Source: Reclinomonas americana ATCC 50394
Lineage: Eukaryota
Direction: 5' to 3'
DNA: 58,048 bases
NCBI GenBank assembly: GCA_048213135.1
Contig: PS015160.1
Coordinates: forward strand, 75,155 to 133,202
Made by a program: the position numbers and the translations under genes. Of the stretch, positions 25,001 to 37,334 are shown in pieces. The notes beneath the pieces are model-generated. The model did not search any database. It was not told the origin of the DNA and saw nothing but the letters and a program-made list of their open reading frames with translations. Each line of letters begins with the position of its first letter. Position 1 is the first letter of the stretch.

Positions 25001-26399
25001 TTCCTGGCCGGCGATCTCACCGACCCACACGGCACACATCATATCCTTTTGTCGTCGCCCAGCTGCTGTGCTTCGTCCATTCTCCCTCAAGTCTCCTTGA
25101 CTCCTCGTCCTCCTCCTCCTCACGCCAGTGCTACTTTGCCATCCGCGACGCCCACATCCGCTACAAGGAGCTGTGCTTTGCCAATCAGGAAGAGTTCCCC
25201 CTGCCGCTGGTCTACCTGTACCGCGGTGCCTGGCAAGAGTGGAATCTGGAGGACGTGTCGCTCTTTGTGCCGTTCTCGCCGACGGAGATGGACATTAAGA
25301 TTCACAGCATTTTCGCACACGAGAGTCAGAAGGACAAGGCCATGTACCCCGGCAATGATGAGCGGTGAGTGGGGGCGAAGGGGAGAGGGGGGATAAGGGG
25401 AAAGGGTGAAGGGGAATGGGTGAAGTGGAAGATTGGAACGCAAGAATGAGAGTGAGTTGTCATATTTGGAAGAGTAATCGCCACGGGAGGAGAGTCACAG
25501 AGGACCACACATTAGGCTCAGATTTGCATAAGACAGGAAGGAAGAAGGAAAGAATGAGTGTGAGTTGTCTTGTTTGGAAGACTTATCACCAAAGGAAGAG
25601 TCACGGAGGATCACACATTAGGCTCAGATTTGCATAAGAAGGGGAGGAAGAAAGAATGGCTGGGAGTTGTCTTGTTTGGAAGATTTGTCACCAACGGAAG
25701 AGAGTCGCAGAGGGTCACACATTAGGCTATTGCGAATGCAGATTTGCATAAGAAGGGAAGGGAGGAAGAAAGAATGACTGGGAGTTGTCTTGTTTGGAAG
25801 ATTTGTCACCAACGGAAGAGAGTCGCAGAGGGTCACATTAGGCTCTTGCGAATTCAGAGTAGCTATGTTGTTGATGTCAACAAGACAGCTGTTGCTTGTT
25901 TGTTGGTGAATGCATTTCTATTGTGCGAGTGCATCCGTGTGCAGTGTATCGACAGAGATAAGTGTGAGAGTGATGTTCGAGTGAGAAGAGTGTCCATGGG
26001 GAAAGAGCAGCATGACGTGGACGGTAGAATCAGAAGCTGTTGCGCCACTGTCCATTGTGTGCAGTCAGGAAGGCACAACAGGTGCTGCGAGTGCATGACG
26101 GGAGAATTATGTGCGTGTGTGTGTGTGCGTGTGTGTGCGTGTGTGTGCGTGTGTGTGTGTGTGAGAGAGAGTCGCATGGGGCTCACCTCCATCTCCTCTG
26201 CAGTGAATTCTGGCAACGCGCTCGTGACCGCAATCGCGCCACCGCCGCTGCCGTGGCCGCCCTCGGATTGCCCAAGTTGCGTCCTCTCCACCAATCATTC
26301 CTCGATTCATCACCACACTTACACGTCGCGAACCACAGTTTCGGAGCCATGGAGGCCTTTGTGATTGTCGACGACATCCCTCTCGGCCGTCTCCGTTAA
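22044..26399 (+). CDS. nagB: Glucosamine-6-phosphate deaminase fused to a C-terminal PIG-L/LmbE-like domain; gapped, with contig 23024-23564 inverted
   Basis: Putative exon 1 at 22044-22104 (+). NagB motifs FNEPG, ALTMGVETI, ATGEGKS, PVSCLQSH lie on the inverted contig. C-terminal part: HFLNLPFYQTG, AGDLTDPHGTHRQC, LYRGAWQEW, IFAHESQKD, EFWQRARDRNR, AMEAF. Confidence 0.85.
24352..24545. repeat. Intronic tandem repeat, unit about 83-93 bp, 2+ copies
   Basis: GATC(G/T)TGAATACTGTAGCGAGTGAGCAAGAGGAGTGCGGGAGCT at 24352 and 24445, partial copy at 24528. Confidence 0.85.
25041..25123 (+). other. U12-type (minor spliceosome) AT-AC intron, 83 nt
   Basis: 5' end ATATCCTTT, branch-site-like TCCTTGAC at 25094-25101, 3' end CAC. 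Removing it restores the frame (DPHGTHRQCYFAI). Confidence 0.85.
25443..25850. repeat. Intronic tandem repeat, unit about 100-118 bp, 4 copies
   Basis: AGAATG...GAGTTGTCTTGTTTGGAAGA...CACATTAGGCT recurs from about 25443, 25551, 25653 and 25771. Confidence 0.9.
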
Positions 26400-26488
26400 A
26401 CCGATGCCTCGCCTCCTTCTCTCCCTCCCCCACTCGACTATCGCTTCGTGCACCGCCACTACCACCAATAAAACCAAGCGCGGAGCAT

Positions 26489-26890
26489 TCATCTCTTGGG
26501 TTTGATAATTCGCTGCCGAAACGCCGCCTCGCCCGCCTCCGCGTAATCCGCGCGCAAGTGCGCAAATAGTGGCGAATCACACGGAATGACGTCCGACTCG
26601 AGCTGCACGCCATCCGCTCGCCGATACGTGAAATACGCAATCTCATCACTGCCCTCCAGCGACAGCGCCTCCGCCGTCTGCGCATACAGACCCTCCAGCG
26701 TCAGCGGCAGTGGAATACGAACGCGCATCACTCGCGGCTGCTGCTGTTGCTGCTCGACAGTCACATCCACCGCACTGACACTGATCCGCTAATGAGCACA
26801 GAAAACGGAAGAACTGGCAGAGTGTGGAACGAAACGCTCGTGTCGCGCTGGAGTCGATCACGTGAATGTCAAGCAGAGGCCGGTCGGACT
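26489..26890 (-). CDS. Last two exons of a hypothetical protein; 5' part missing
   Basis: Exon SDRPLLDIHVIDSSATR splices in frame to AVSAVDVTVEQQQQQPRVMRVRIPLP...IIKPKR*. The upstream low-complexity intron runs into the gap. Confidence 0.55.
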
Positions 26891-27474
26891 GCGAAGAAGG
26901 AGAAGGATCAGCAGAAGGAGAAGGCGAAGGAAACGGAGAAGGATAAGGAAGAGAAGGAAATGGTGAAGGATAAAGCGAGGAAATGGCGAGGGATACAGCG
27001 AAGGATGAGAAGAAGGATAAGGCGAGGGTGAAGAGTGAGGATGAGGAGATGGAGGAGGAGAAGGATAGAGAGAAGGGCGAGGAGGAGAAGGAAGACAAGG
27101 AATCGGCGAAGGATGAGGTGACGGATAAGACGAAGAAGGAAGGTGAAGGATGGAGGCCAAGGCTGAGATAACGAAGGATGAGGAGAACGATTATGTGAAG
27201 GATAAGGTGACTTACAAGGAGAGCAAAGGCGAAGGTTACGGCGAAGGATGCGGCGATGGACAAGGCAAGGTTGAGATAAGGTGACGGATAAGACAAAGGA
27301 TAAGAAGGTGAAGGAAAAGGCGAAGGATAAGGTGAAGGATGAGGAGAGAAAGGTGAAGGAGGCGAAGGATAAGGCGTCGCCTTTTCACGCCTTACGCTGC
27401 AGATCTGTGTTCTCTTTCTCTCTCTCTCTCTCTCTNNNNNNNNNNNNNNNNNNNNCGTACGTACGTAGTACGAC

Positions 27475-27519
<45 letters not shown>

Positions 27520-27648
27520 CTCTCTCTCTCTCCTCTCTCTCTCTCTCCTCCTTCTCCCCCCTTCCTTTCTCTCTCTCCTCCTTCTGCCCCCTTCCTTCTC
27601 TCTCTCACCCTTCCCCTTTCCTCAACCTTCCCTTCACTACGACCACAG

Positions 27649-30600
27649 CTCCACCGCGACCCCAACGCCTACCTCCTGCACCACGTGTTGCCGGGCGAGG
27701 AGGAGCGGCGCAGCGCATGGTCCGACGACGAGCACGCCATGTTTCTCGGCGCGTTGCGAGCGCATCCTCCGCGCGACATGTGGGGTCTCTTCTCGGCGCA
27801 CGTTGTCGGCCGCACGGGCGAGCAGTGTCACAGCTACTACCAGTTCCTGCTGTCGCAGGGCGTTGTTCGCGACCCGGCGTTTGTGGATGAGAGTGGCGCG
27901 TACACGGCCGTGCCGGTGCGTCCTCCTCGTTGCAGCGTGACATCCATCTCTTATCGCAGTCGCTCATTTCCTCTCCTGAGCAGCAGCCGCACGTCAAGAG
28001 CGAGGACAGCAAGAGTGGTGCGGAGATTGTCGACGAGCGGCCGATCACCGAGCTGGTCACTCGACCGGAGCCAATGATGGACGAGTCAGTGGAGCCGCCG
28101 CCGCAAGAACAACCCGCTGCGACCGAGGAGGCAGCAGCATCAGCCTCTTCCGCTGCTGCTGCTGCTGCCGCACTCAAGGCAGAGGACGCCGCGGTGCCGA
28201 CTGTGGTCCATGTCCAGGGCACCGCTGTCGCCGAGCCGCTCCTGCTGCCTCCGCTGCCGGCGGATCACACGCCGCTGACGACTTCGGTGGTGGTCACGCC
28301 ATCACCACCACCTCCACCACCTCCGCCACCACCACCACCTGCGGCTCCTGCCGCTGCCGCTGCTACGCCCGCGCCGCCGACCGCGGCCATGAATGCCGCC
28401 TCGCTCATGTCGGCATTGGCGACACCGGGAGCGCTGCCGTCGTTGTCGTCGTCCGCATTGGCGGCGCATTTGGCCAGCCGCGTCCTCCAAACACCGAGTG
28501 GCACGCCGGTCATGCTCTCCTCGTCGTCCCTGCCGGTGCTTATGGCATTGCATCAGCAACAGCAGCAGCAGCAGCAGCAACAACACCAACAACAACAGGG
28601 AGGAGCCGCGTCCGAAATGCCACCGCTGCCGTCAGTCAGCAAGCTGGTGAGTTGTGCATGCTCTTTTGTCTTGTGTGTGTGTGTCCGACCACCTCACGCC
28701 TGTCTTTCTCCCTGCCAGATTGCCGACACGCAGCGTGCCGTTGGCATTCCGCTCGCTGCTGCTGTGCCGGCAGATAAGAAAAAGAGGCGGCGTGAGCCCG
28801 GCGCCGATGGTGATGGTGGCGAAGAGGATGGCGAGCCGGTGAAGAAGGCTCCGCGCAAGAAGGCCTCCACCGCCACGGGAGTCCCATCGGCGGCTGGAAT
28901 CGCCGGCGCAGGTGCAGGCGTTACTGGCACCGCTGCGACANNNNNNNNNNNNNNNNNNNNTAGGGAGGATGGGTGGTTGCCACATAGCTACGTGGCGAAT
29001 CGCGCTTGGTCCTTATTTGCGTTTCGCACACTACAGCAATCGGCAGCCTCCGCCGCAGTCGCTGCTGAGACAGCAACGTCTGCATCGACCGCCAGTTTGG
29101 ACACTGACCGGCGATCCGAGGATGATATCGTGCTGGAGCCGGTGGCGTACGATGAGTTGTTGCTGGTGGAGCCGCACTGGGTCACCGAGACGAATGATTC
29201 CACGCAGCGCTGTTGCGTAAGAGGGGAATGGCGAGGGAGGGTGAGGGGAAGGGAGGGAAAGGAGAGGGAGAGAGTGGGAAAGAGAGATCGTGTCTCTGCA
29301 GTTCTTTTGTCATCTCTTTCTCTTTGATGGTGTGTATGCGAGAGGCAGCTTCGTGCGCTGGATCTTTTCTTTTTCTCGCTTCCATTGTAAGCGTGGACGT
29401 GTCTCTGCAGTTCTTTGTCGTCGCTTTCTCTTGATTGTACTGGCAGATTCATGAGCTGGATCTTATCTGTTTCTCGCTTCCATTGTAAGCGTGGATGCAT
29501 GTGGGAGACAAGGGTAGAGATGGGAAAATCATGCCTGCGTTTCCTGCCAGTTTTTGTTGTCTCTTCCTTCGTGATTGTGTGAGTGTGTGCGTGTCCGAGA
29601 GGCATAGACTGGGTGTTTGTTACTTGCGCTGTCTATACAATTTACTATCTTGAATGTGTAAGCGTGGATGTACGTGGAGGCAGATGCAGGGAGCACGTGC
29701 TGCCTATTTGTGTGTTCTATGCATGTGCTTCGTGGCAGAGCTGGATTATTCATTGATTTTCTCTCCTGCACTCTCTCGGTGTGTGTGTATATGTGAGGGG
29801 TGAGAGTGGAGAACATGCCAGTTTGACGTGCCTGCTTATCTCTCTCTCACTCTGTCTCTCTCTCTCTCTCCCTCCCCTTTTTTCTCTCTCTCTCTCCTCT
29901 CTTCCCACCTTGTGCTCACTCCTCTCTTCTCCCCTCTACAGTCGAGCAAGGCCTTCGCGACCGTCGCGCACAAGACGTGCGCACTCTGCGCCGCCTGGTC
30001 GATCCCGAATTTTCCTCGCTGCTGCGCGACATGGAGGACCACGAGCTGGTGCCGGTGCTGGGTGGTGCACTGGCGTACCTCAAGTCGCAGGCGGAGAGAC
30101 ACGAACCCAACCCGCTTCCGCCGCCGTTGCGCTCGCGACCGGCCACGGCATTGGTGGAGAAGCGAGTGACGTCGTTGCATGAGACGTCGCTGGAGGATTT
30201 GGTGGCGGAGCACCGCTCACGCCTCAACTACGTGCGCAATCGGCGACCACCGCAGCCGCCCAAGGACGGCGGCGGCGATCGCGGCGACGCGGATTACGAG
30301 GCGGCGGGTGGCGACAATGACAGCGACGGTATGCAAGTGGATGAGGACGAGGGCGGCGATGCGGATGACGAGGATGGTGCCGGTGATGAGCGAGCTGCCA
30401 ATGGCGCCCGCAAGGCCGCCGGGGGAGCGTCGAAGAAGAAGTCGCCGCTCGAGTCGTCGGCACAAAAGAAGAAGGGCGCCTCCACGCCGACTGCCGCCTC
30501 GTCGTCCTCGCGAATGCGGGGCTCCGATGCCTTTGCGCGAGGCCGGCAGGCACAGGCACAGCGGCGGTTGCTTGCGTCGCGTCGCGGTGATCGCTTGACG

Positions 30601-30906
30601 CGATTGTGTGCGCCGCTGTGGAAGCGCGAAGGCTTGCAGTTCTGTGCGCATCTGCAGCCCACCACGGATATTGCGGATCGCGAGTTTGGCGGCACGGGTG
30701 GCGGTCAGAGCAGTGCCGATGTGTGGGACACGCTGGAGGCCGATGTGGCGCTGCTGCATAATCTGGAGCGCGAGACGTTTGCGGCGATGCAGCAGCATGC
30801 CAACTTTGCCGTGTCGTACAGCGACAGCGAGGAGGAGGCGGAGGAGGAGAAGAAGGGCGAGGGAGAGAGTGCGGGTAAGGAGACTGCGGTGGCGGTGAAC
30901 AGATGA
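27649..30906 (+). CDS. Myb/SANT-domain protein with Pro/Gln/acidic low-complexity regions; 5' partial
   Basis: DPNAYLLHHVLPGEEERRSAWSDDEHAMFL...WGLFSAHVVGRTGEQCHSYY. Later exons join in frame, with an NLS-like KKKRRR. Confidence 0.75.
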
Positions 30907-31098
30907 CGGGGGTGGGAAGAGTGAAAAATGATAGTAATTTGAAAGAGGGCGAACAGTTGGTGACTGCTTGCTACGCGATTCGTCAGTGCGTCCACCGATG
31001 CAGACTGCAACACACAGCAGTGACGAGGTTGAACAGTGGATTTGACGCACTTGTGTTTCCGCTAAACACAATTATGGTGAATTACATTATCGCATGAT

Positions 31099-32137
31099 CT
31101 ATCTCGTCGGCTCTGGCTTCTCCAGAGCGTAGCGCACGGCTCGCACCACCTCTCCCGTCGGCACAATCTTGTAGTTGTCTGTTTGTGGAGAACATAAGCG
31201 TCAGTAAGTGCCGAGCGTGACGCACAGAGAAACCGCCAACCATTGTAGTCCAGATCGACGTGCAGCTGCAAGTGCTCCAGACCCTACACGTGTAACACAT
31301 GGTCAGCATTTGAAACACACAGTGACAGTCAGACCTCCGCGCGCATACCAACACTGCACATCAAGAGCAAAAGGTGAGCACAATGAGACTCCCTTTTCCC
31401 TCTTCCTCCCTCACACACACCGTGGCTCAGGTGCCAGTAATTAGTGGCCTCCTTGTAGCCGATGATCTCCACCAGAACGGCTCCCGGCTGCGCATACACC
31501 AGGTTGGCCAGTGCTCCACCATGACCCGAAACCACCACGCGGGCGCGAGCAAACAGCCGCCCGGCCTCCCGCAGCGTGTAATCGGATCCCACAAACTCCA
31601 CAAACTGCGGCACGCAACGCACCCACGTGAGCATCACCACATGCGCAAACAACAAAGCAACAACAGGATCACCTCCTCCTGCGGAAACTCGCGACGAATG
31701 GCCTCCACAATCGACTCGTAGTTGATGAGGTTGCGCACGGAGCCGTGGTACCGCGACGGATCCACCATGTTGAGCGTGCGCTTCACCAGCACAATGAGGC
31801 GACGCTCATGCCACGCGGGTGGTGGTTCGATGGAGCGCGTGAGGAAACGACGAGCGGCGCGCACGCCGACGGCCGCCGGCCACTGCACCGGCCACGAGGG
31901 AAAATTGCCGAGCAGCAACAACTCGTCGACGTGGAAGAGTGCCGACGAGGCGCCGGTTGGGTGCAGGCAGCGATGCATGCGGTGGGCGGGGATGCCGAGT
32001 TCGTCGCGCATGAGGGTCTCGGCGTAAGTGGAGGGGGTGATAAAGTGCAGATCGGGGGTCCAGGCGGGGGATTCGGAGAGGAGGACCAGTTGGCCAAAGG
32101 CGTCGACGAGGAAGTGTTGCCAGGGGGCGGAGAAGCC
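31099..32137 (-). CDS. Glycosyltransferase family 61 (DUF563) protein; 5' partial
   Basis: WQHFLVD, RNLINYESI, LFARARVVVSGHGGALANLVYAQPGAVLVEI across four exons; TAG at 31099-31101. Confidence 0.85.
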
Positions 32138-33137
32138 CTGCACAGGGGGAGAAGGGGGGAGGGGGGGAGAAGGGGAAAGGGGGGAAGGGGGGAAGAAATG
32201 AGGATGAGGAAAGAAGTTTTGTGCGCGCAGAAGAGAGGTGTGTGACAGAAGGAAAGGGATTGAAGGAGATGAGGCATGCAAGCAAGAGGGGAGTGGAAGA
32301 CAAGAGTATGAGACAGGAAGAGCGCGACGGAGATGCGGGAATGGTGAAGACATGAGAGAGAAGGACGAACTGGGAGGAGTGAGAATGAGTGCAAGAAAGA
32401 AGGAGTGCAGGCGGGACCAAAGCAGTTGGAGAGAAAGAGAGAGTAATCCAGAAAGCGATATGAGAAGGAAACATGAGGCGACGCGGAGAGAGAGAGAGAG
32501 AGAGAGTAATCCAGGCAGCGAACAGAGAAGAAAGCGGTGCAGCTGTTGAACGGATGAATTCAACAGAGAAAGAAAAAAGAAAGAAAGAAAGAAAGACATG
32601 AATGAAAGAGAAAGAGAGAGAGAAAGAGAGAGATTGAGAGAAATAGAGAAACAGAAAGAAGGAAAGCAAGAGGGAGAGAGAAAGAAAAAGAGAGAGAGAG
32701 AGACAGAGCAATCCAGGAAGCAGAATGGGAAGGAATGGCAAAGCACGCTGTTGAACGGCAAGTGAATGATGAGGCAATGCGGAGAGATAGAGAGAAACAC
32801 GCACACACAGAGAGAGAATAGAGAGATACCCAGAAAGCGGAATGCGAGGACAACGGCGCAGCATGGATGTTGGTCTGCAAGTCAATGATAAAGCGCCGCG
32901 GAGAGAGACAGAATGAGAGAGAACAGAGAGTAATCCGGGAAGCAAATATGTGAACAGCGAACCATAGCTGTTGAGCGGCAAGTGAGTGGCAAAAAGAGAG
33001 AGAGAGAGAGAGTAACTTAGGAAGCAAACGAATGGTGAAGTGCGAAGAATAGCTGTTAAACTGCAGCAGAAAGATGTTGAAAATGGAGAGAGAGAGAGAG
33101 AGAGAGAGAACGTAACCNNNNNNNNNNNNNNNNNNNN

Positions 33138-33557
33138 CGACGACCGGGTAGTCTGTGCACATGTTCCAACTTGGGTGAAAACAATCGGCACATACGTAAC
33201 CACCGCTTCAGTGTGCACTGCGTTCGGATCTTCTCCACCAGTTCGGCATACTTCGCCAACTTGCGGTCGTACGCCTTCTGCAGCGCCTCTTCGTCCTTGG
33301 GATACGCCACAGTGAGCTCCACAATCAGCACCTTCGTCACCTGTGCATCGACACCTGGACCTGCTCGAGTCACGCCACAATGTCTGGTTTCAACTGTGCC
33401 AACTGGTCTTCTCCTGCTGGCAACAAATTCTGCGGTACTTTCTCGGTGTAGAAGACTGCCTCGCTGTGCACACTTGAGTCTCTGAGTTCCTCGTGCAAGA
33501 TCGTTGCCACTCTGTTGTGCCGACTCGTCACATTGTCTTTCTGTGCCTCACACCAGC
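33138..33557 (-). mobile_element. Frameshifted relic of a non-LTR retrotransposon restriction-like endonuclease (R2/CRE/NeSL type)
   Basis: C...SRHNRVATIL, KPDIV, VLIVELTVAY, AYDRKLAKYAEL and YVPIVFTQVG are spread over three reading frames. Confidence 0.8.
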
Positions 33558-34009
33558 ACATTCACCAACAAACAAGCAACAGCTGTCTTGATGACCAAGT
33601 TCAACCGTATCCAAAACGTTTTCGCGAGTGCTGGGCGAGCCGGCGCCGCAAAGAACACATTTATAGGTGCAGGGCCGCCTGTGGGGTGTACGGGTATACG
33701 TAGACTTTGCAGAGCACGTCTGAAATGTAGTGCACGTGCCGAGAAGAAATTCGAATTCGAATCCGGCGGCAAGCTGCAGCTGCAGGTGCATGTTTGGCAA
33801 GTATTGGAAATGTGTTCCACGGCAGGTGCTGCTCCGAGCCGAGTACGCACAGTTACAGGTGCATCCGTGCCGGTGAAGCCTGCGAGACTAGAGACCACCT
33901 GCTGCTGGCCATGATGGGCGATGGACTCGATGCATTGTTGTATAGGCGATGCAGTACGGCTATGTCCAATGACCATCAAGACAGCTGTTGCTTTTTTGTT
34001 GGTGGATGT
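33558..34009. repeat. About 450 bp segment bounded by 36-bp inverted repeats of a dispersed motif
   Basis: 33558-33593 and 33974-34009 are reverse complements with 2 mismatches. The same motif occurs at 5016-5071 and 25881-25912. Confidence 0.75.
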
Positions 34010-34048
34010 TCATGAATTGTTGCAGTTTNNNNNNNNNNNNNNNNNNNN

Positions 34049-34500
34049 GAGTGGCCACTTGTGATGCCGGCCAAGGACGACGGCACGAAGAATGGCGCTG
34101 ATGATGCGGGGGTCGAGCGGGAGGGCCCGCGCACGTGAGGAGGCGACGGCCTTGAAGGCGGAGTGAGGCGAAGCCGATTCCGACGATCGCAGCGTCTGTC
34201 TGGGGTGTAGATGGCAGTTGAGCCGCGCATGGCGGCGGTGACGAGGGCGTAGTCGAAGAGGCTGATGCTGAACACGTCTCGATGAAAAGCCGACAGCGCC
34301 GAGACGTAGTTCTTGATGGTGCTTGGAGCGAGATTCTTGCCGGTAAGCGCGGCGATGAGGTTGATGGTGTCGCTCTCCGAGAGCGGGAAGCGGAGGTTGT
34401 AGTTGCTGGCGAGCCGTGCCACAGTCTTGCGGTACTGAAGCTGAGTGCCGGGTTGGGTGGCGGCCACGAGAAGGTCGTCACCGGTGAACGTCAGTGGTTG
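34049..34500 (-). CDS. Tyrosine recombinase N-terminal (core-binding) part; catalytic part not visible
   Basis: TQPGTQLQYRK...LAPSTIKNYVSALSAFH...AMRG, in a frame overlapping the MT domain. Confidence 0.7.
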
Positions 34501-37334
34501 CGAGGTGTCAGGCTGAGCCAGTCTGGTGAAGAGGGTGGAAGCGTCGCCTCCGGGAGCGGTGCCGGTCGACCAAACGCGCTCGGCTGCGCGACCGGCGAGA
34601 GAAGCCAAGCGACCAGGCGCAGGTGAGAGTGAGCGTTTGGCTCGATGCGGAGTGAGCGACTGCGAAGAGGTGTCGGAACCGCGGCGTGCTCGCCCAGGTC
34701 CACCGCGTCGAGAGCGTGGCGAGCGAGACCGCCGTGAAACACCGCCGACGGCCACCACGGAGCGATCAGAATCAGCCTCGAGCCAGGGAGGGCCGTCTCG
34801 ATAAAGTGGCTGAGCGTGCGGCCGACCAGGGGAAACGGAGGGCAGGCGTACATCAACGACTGGTTCCATGGCTGAGTGAAGGCGTCCACGGCCGCTGCCT
34901 TCGGCGACGGGCCGAACGAGTAAAAGACCGGTGTCTTGGCGCTGTCGTCCGACGCGAATAGATCGACCGTAGGCTTGCCCCACCGGAGACACAGAGCCGC
35001 AAAGGCGCTGTCCGCCAGCGACCAGTCGTGTCTCTGGAAAACCCGAGATGGCACGTCGACTGCGTTGAGGGCTGACGGAACGTACTTGGCCGTGAATGAG
35101 ACTTGGTTGGTGGCGAGGAGGACGAGCAGTTGGCGCAAGGTGTTGTTGAGGGCCGGTGACCGAGAGGTTTGACGCTGGAGCAGGTGCACCACTGCCAGGT
35201 TGTCGCAGACGAACATCACGCGCCGAGACCGCAGAAGGTCCATGAATNNNNNNNNNNNNNNNNNNNNNNNNNNNNNNNNNNNNNNNNNNNNNNNNNNNNN
35301 NNNNNNNNNNNNNNNNNNNNNNNNNNNNNNNNNNNNNNNNNNNNNNNNNNNNNNNNNNNNNNNNNNNNNNNNNNNNNNNNNNNNNNNNNNNNNNNNNNNN
35401 NNNNNNNNNNNNNNNNNNNNNNNNNNNNNNNNNNNNNNNNNNNNNNNNNNNNNNNNNNNNNNNNNNNNNNNNNNNNNNNNNNNNNNNNNNNNNNNNNNNN
35501 NNNNNNNNNNNNNNNNNNNNNNNNNNNNNNNNNNNNNNNNNNNNNNNNNNNNNNNNNNNNNNNNNNNNNNNNNNNNNNNNNNNNNNNNNNNNNNNNGTCT
35601 CGGCGGCGAAGAGTACCGCCAAAAGCTCCTTGTGCGTGATGTGAAGGTGAGACCAGCCCGCTGGGAAAGGTCCGTTGATGAGGCGTTGGTCCGGAGAGGG
35701 AGGAGTTGATGTTGCTGTTGATGTTGATGTCGAGGTGAGGTTGAGGCGTGGAGCGAGCACTGACGCCGCGTAGCCAGAGCTGCTGGCGTCGGTCGTCACT
35801 CGCACCGCGTGAGTGAAGGAGGGCAGTCGAGCCGGCCGCCAAAGGACCTGCTGGTCGAGGTTGNNNNNNNNNNNNNNNNNNNNCACCAGAACTGGAGATC
35901 GTGCAAGGCCTCCGGCGACAGCTTGACCGAGTGGCGCCAACGCTTGGCCACCCGAAGCATTGTTGGCGAGGTGTGGAGGGAGTTGTACAGTTGACGAAGG
36001 AACACTCGACACAGAGGCAGAGCGATGGAGTGCGACTGGCAGCGGCCGATGAGGCGAGCAAGTTGCCTGGCGGGCAGAGAATTGCCATGAGTACGAGCCT
36101 GCTCCATCATGCGCCGTGCTAACTGCTGAGTTTCTTGTGCCGACGACTCTGTCACGCGAAAGATCGGAGATGCCGTGCAGTCTATTTCTACCCCTAGGTA
36201 CGTGGTGCGCTGAGTTGGGTGAAACGTGCCCTTGTCGTGCTGCACTCTGACCCCGAGGCGGTAGAAGAGAAGGAGGAGAAGGTCGCGATTGCGTATAGCT
36301 TCTTCCTGACTGGCTGACACCACCAAGAAATCGTCTACGTACGAGAAGATCGTGATGGAGTAGCGGCGACGAAGATAGTGAGCGATGGCGTTGCTGAATC
36401 TCTGCATCGTGGCTGGACTGCTCGCGTAGCCAAACGGACAACAGTTGTGCACCCACATCTGATCTGCCAGACGACACGCAAATAGGTTCTTGTCTTGCGG
36501 AGCGAGAGCGAGGTGAAAGAAGAAGTCTTGAGCGTCGTGTGTGGTCATCCAACAACCCGGAAAGAGCACTTGACCGATCTCTCGGAGATTGGGAAAACGA
36601 AAGTGGTCTACTGAGACGTGCCTGTTTAGAAAGGACAGATCGGAAATCAACCTGTACTTCTGAGGTGCGCCCGGAGACGTGAGCTTCTTCTTGATGATGA
36701 ACGCTGGACTCACACAAGGATACAGATGTGCATCGCTGAGAGGAATGCGAGTGACCGCGCCCACTTTCTCCAACCGAACGAGTTCTGTCTGAAGCCAGCT
36801 CTGCTCCCTCTGCCCGATCGAACGAGACGGTATCGAGAACGGAGATGGACGAGAAAGCCACTGAACTGGCACCCCCTCTCTGACCCACGATAGCAACTGT
36901 TGGTCGCGAGGTGTCGGAAGCAACACCCGCTCCCACCAGCCCAGATGAAACGGTTTTCGCAGGGTGAGAGGAATAGGTTCTGACGGATCGAGTGAAGGCA
37001 GAAAAGGCGGAGCGCGGAGAGAGGAAGGCAGCATCGAGACCAGAGGTGGAGAGACCGGCTCTAGCGTGCTGTGTGCGACTGACTGGAGGGACAGCCGCGG
37101 TGGAACTAGACTGTGTGTGACTGACTGGAGTGCAGGTGGTGTGCTCAAGTCTATCGAGGACGTGGAAAAAGTTGGAGGAGAAGAGAGTGGAGGAGGTAGC
37201 GCCGGCAGACGAGGTGATGCGTGTGTCGGTGGAGTGAGACGCAGCTCTGGTGCCGGACTGGGACCCGAGACGGCGTTGGTGTTGGTGGCGGTGGTGGCGG
37301 TGGGGATAGGGGGCGACCGACCAGCCCTCCTCAA
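34491..37334 (-). CDS. DIRS pol: reverse transcriptase, RNase H and Dam-like methyltransferase domain, interrupted by gaps
   Basis: RT: KYRLISDL, HDAQDFFFH, CPFGYASSP, YVDD. RNase H: TTDASSSG, HITHKELLAV, CDNLAVV, LNAVDVPSR. MT: VDLFAS, DAFTQPW, YACPPF. Confidence 0.9.

Noticed and set aside
25443-25850. CRISPR-like array
   Set aside because: Whole units are homologous with no unique spacers; it is intronic, eukaryotic, and has no cas genes.
26890-27420. K/E/D-rich or hydrophobic ORFs
   Set aside because: Low-complexity purine repeat with stop codons; fits an intron of the minus-strand gene.
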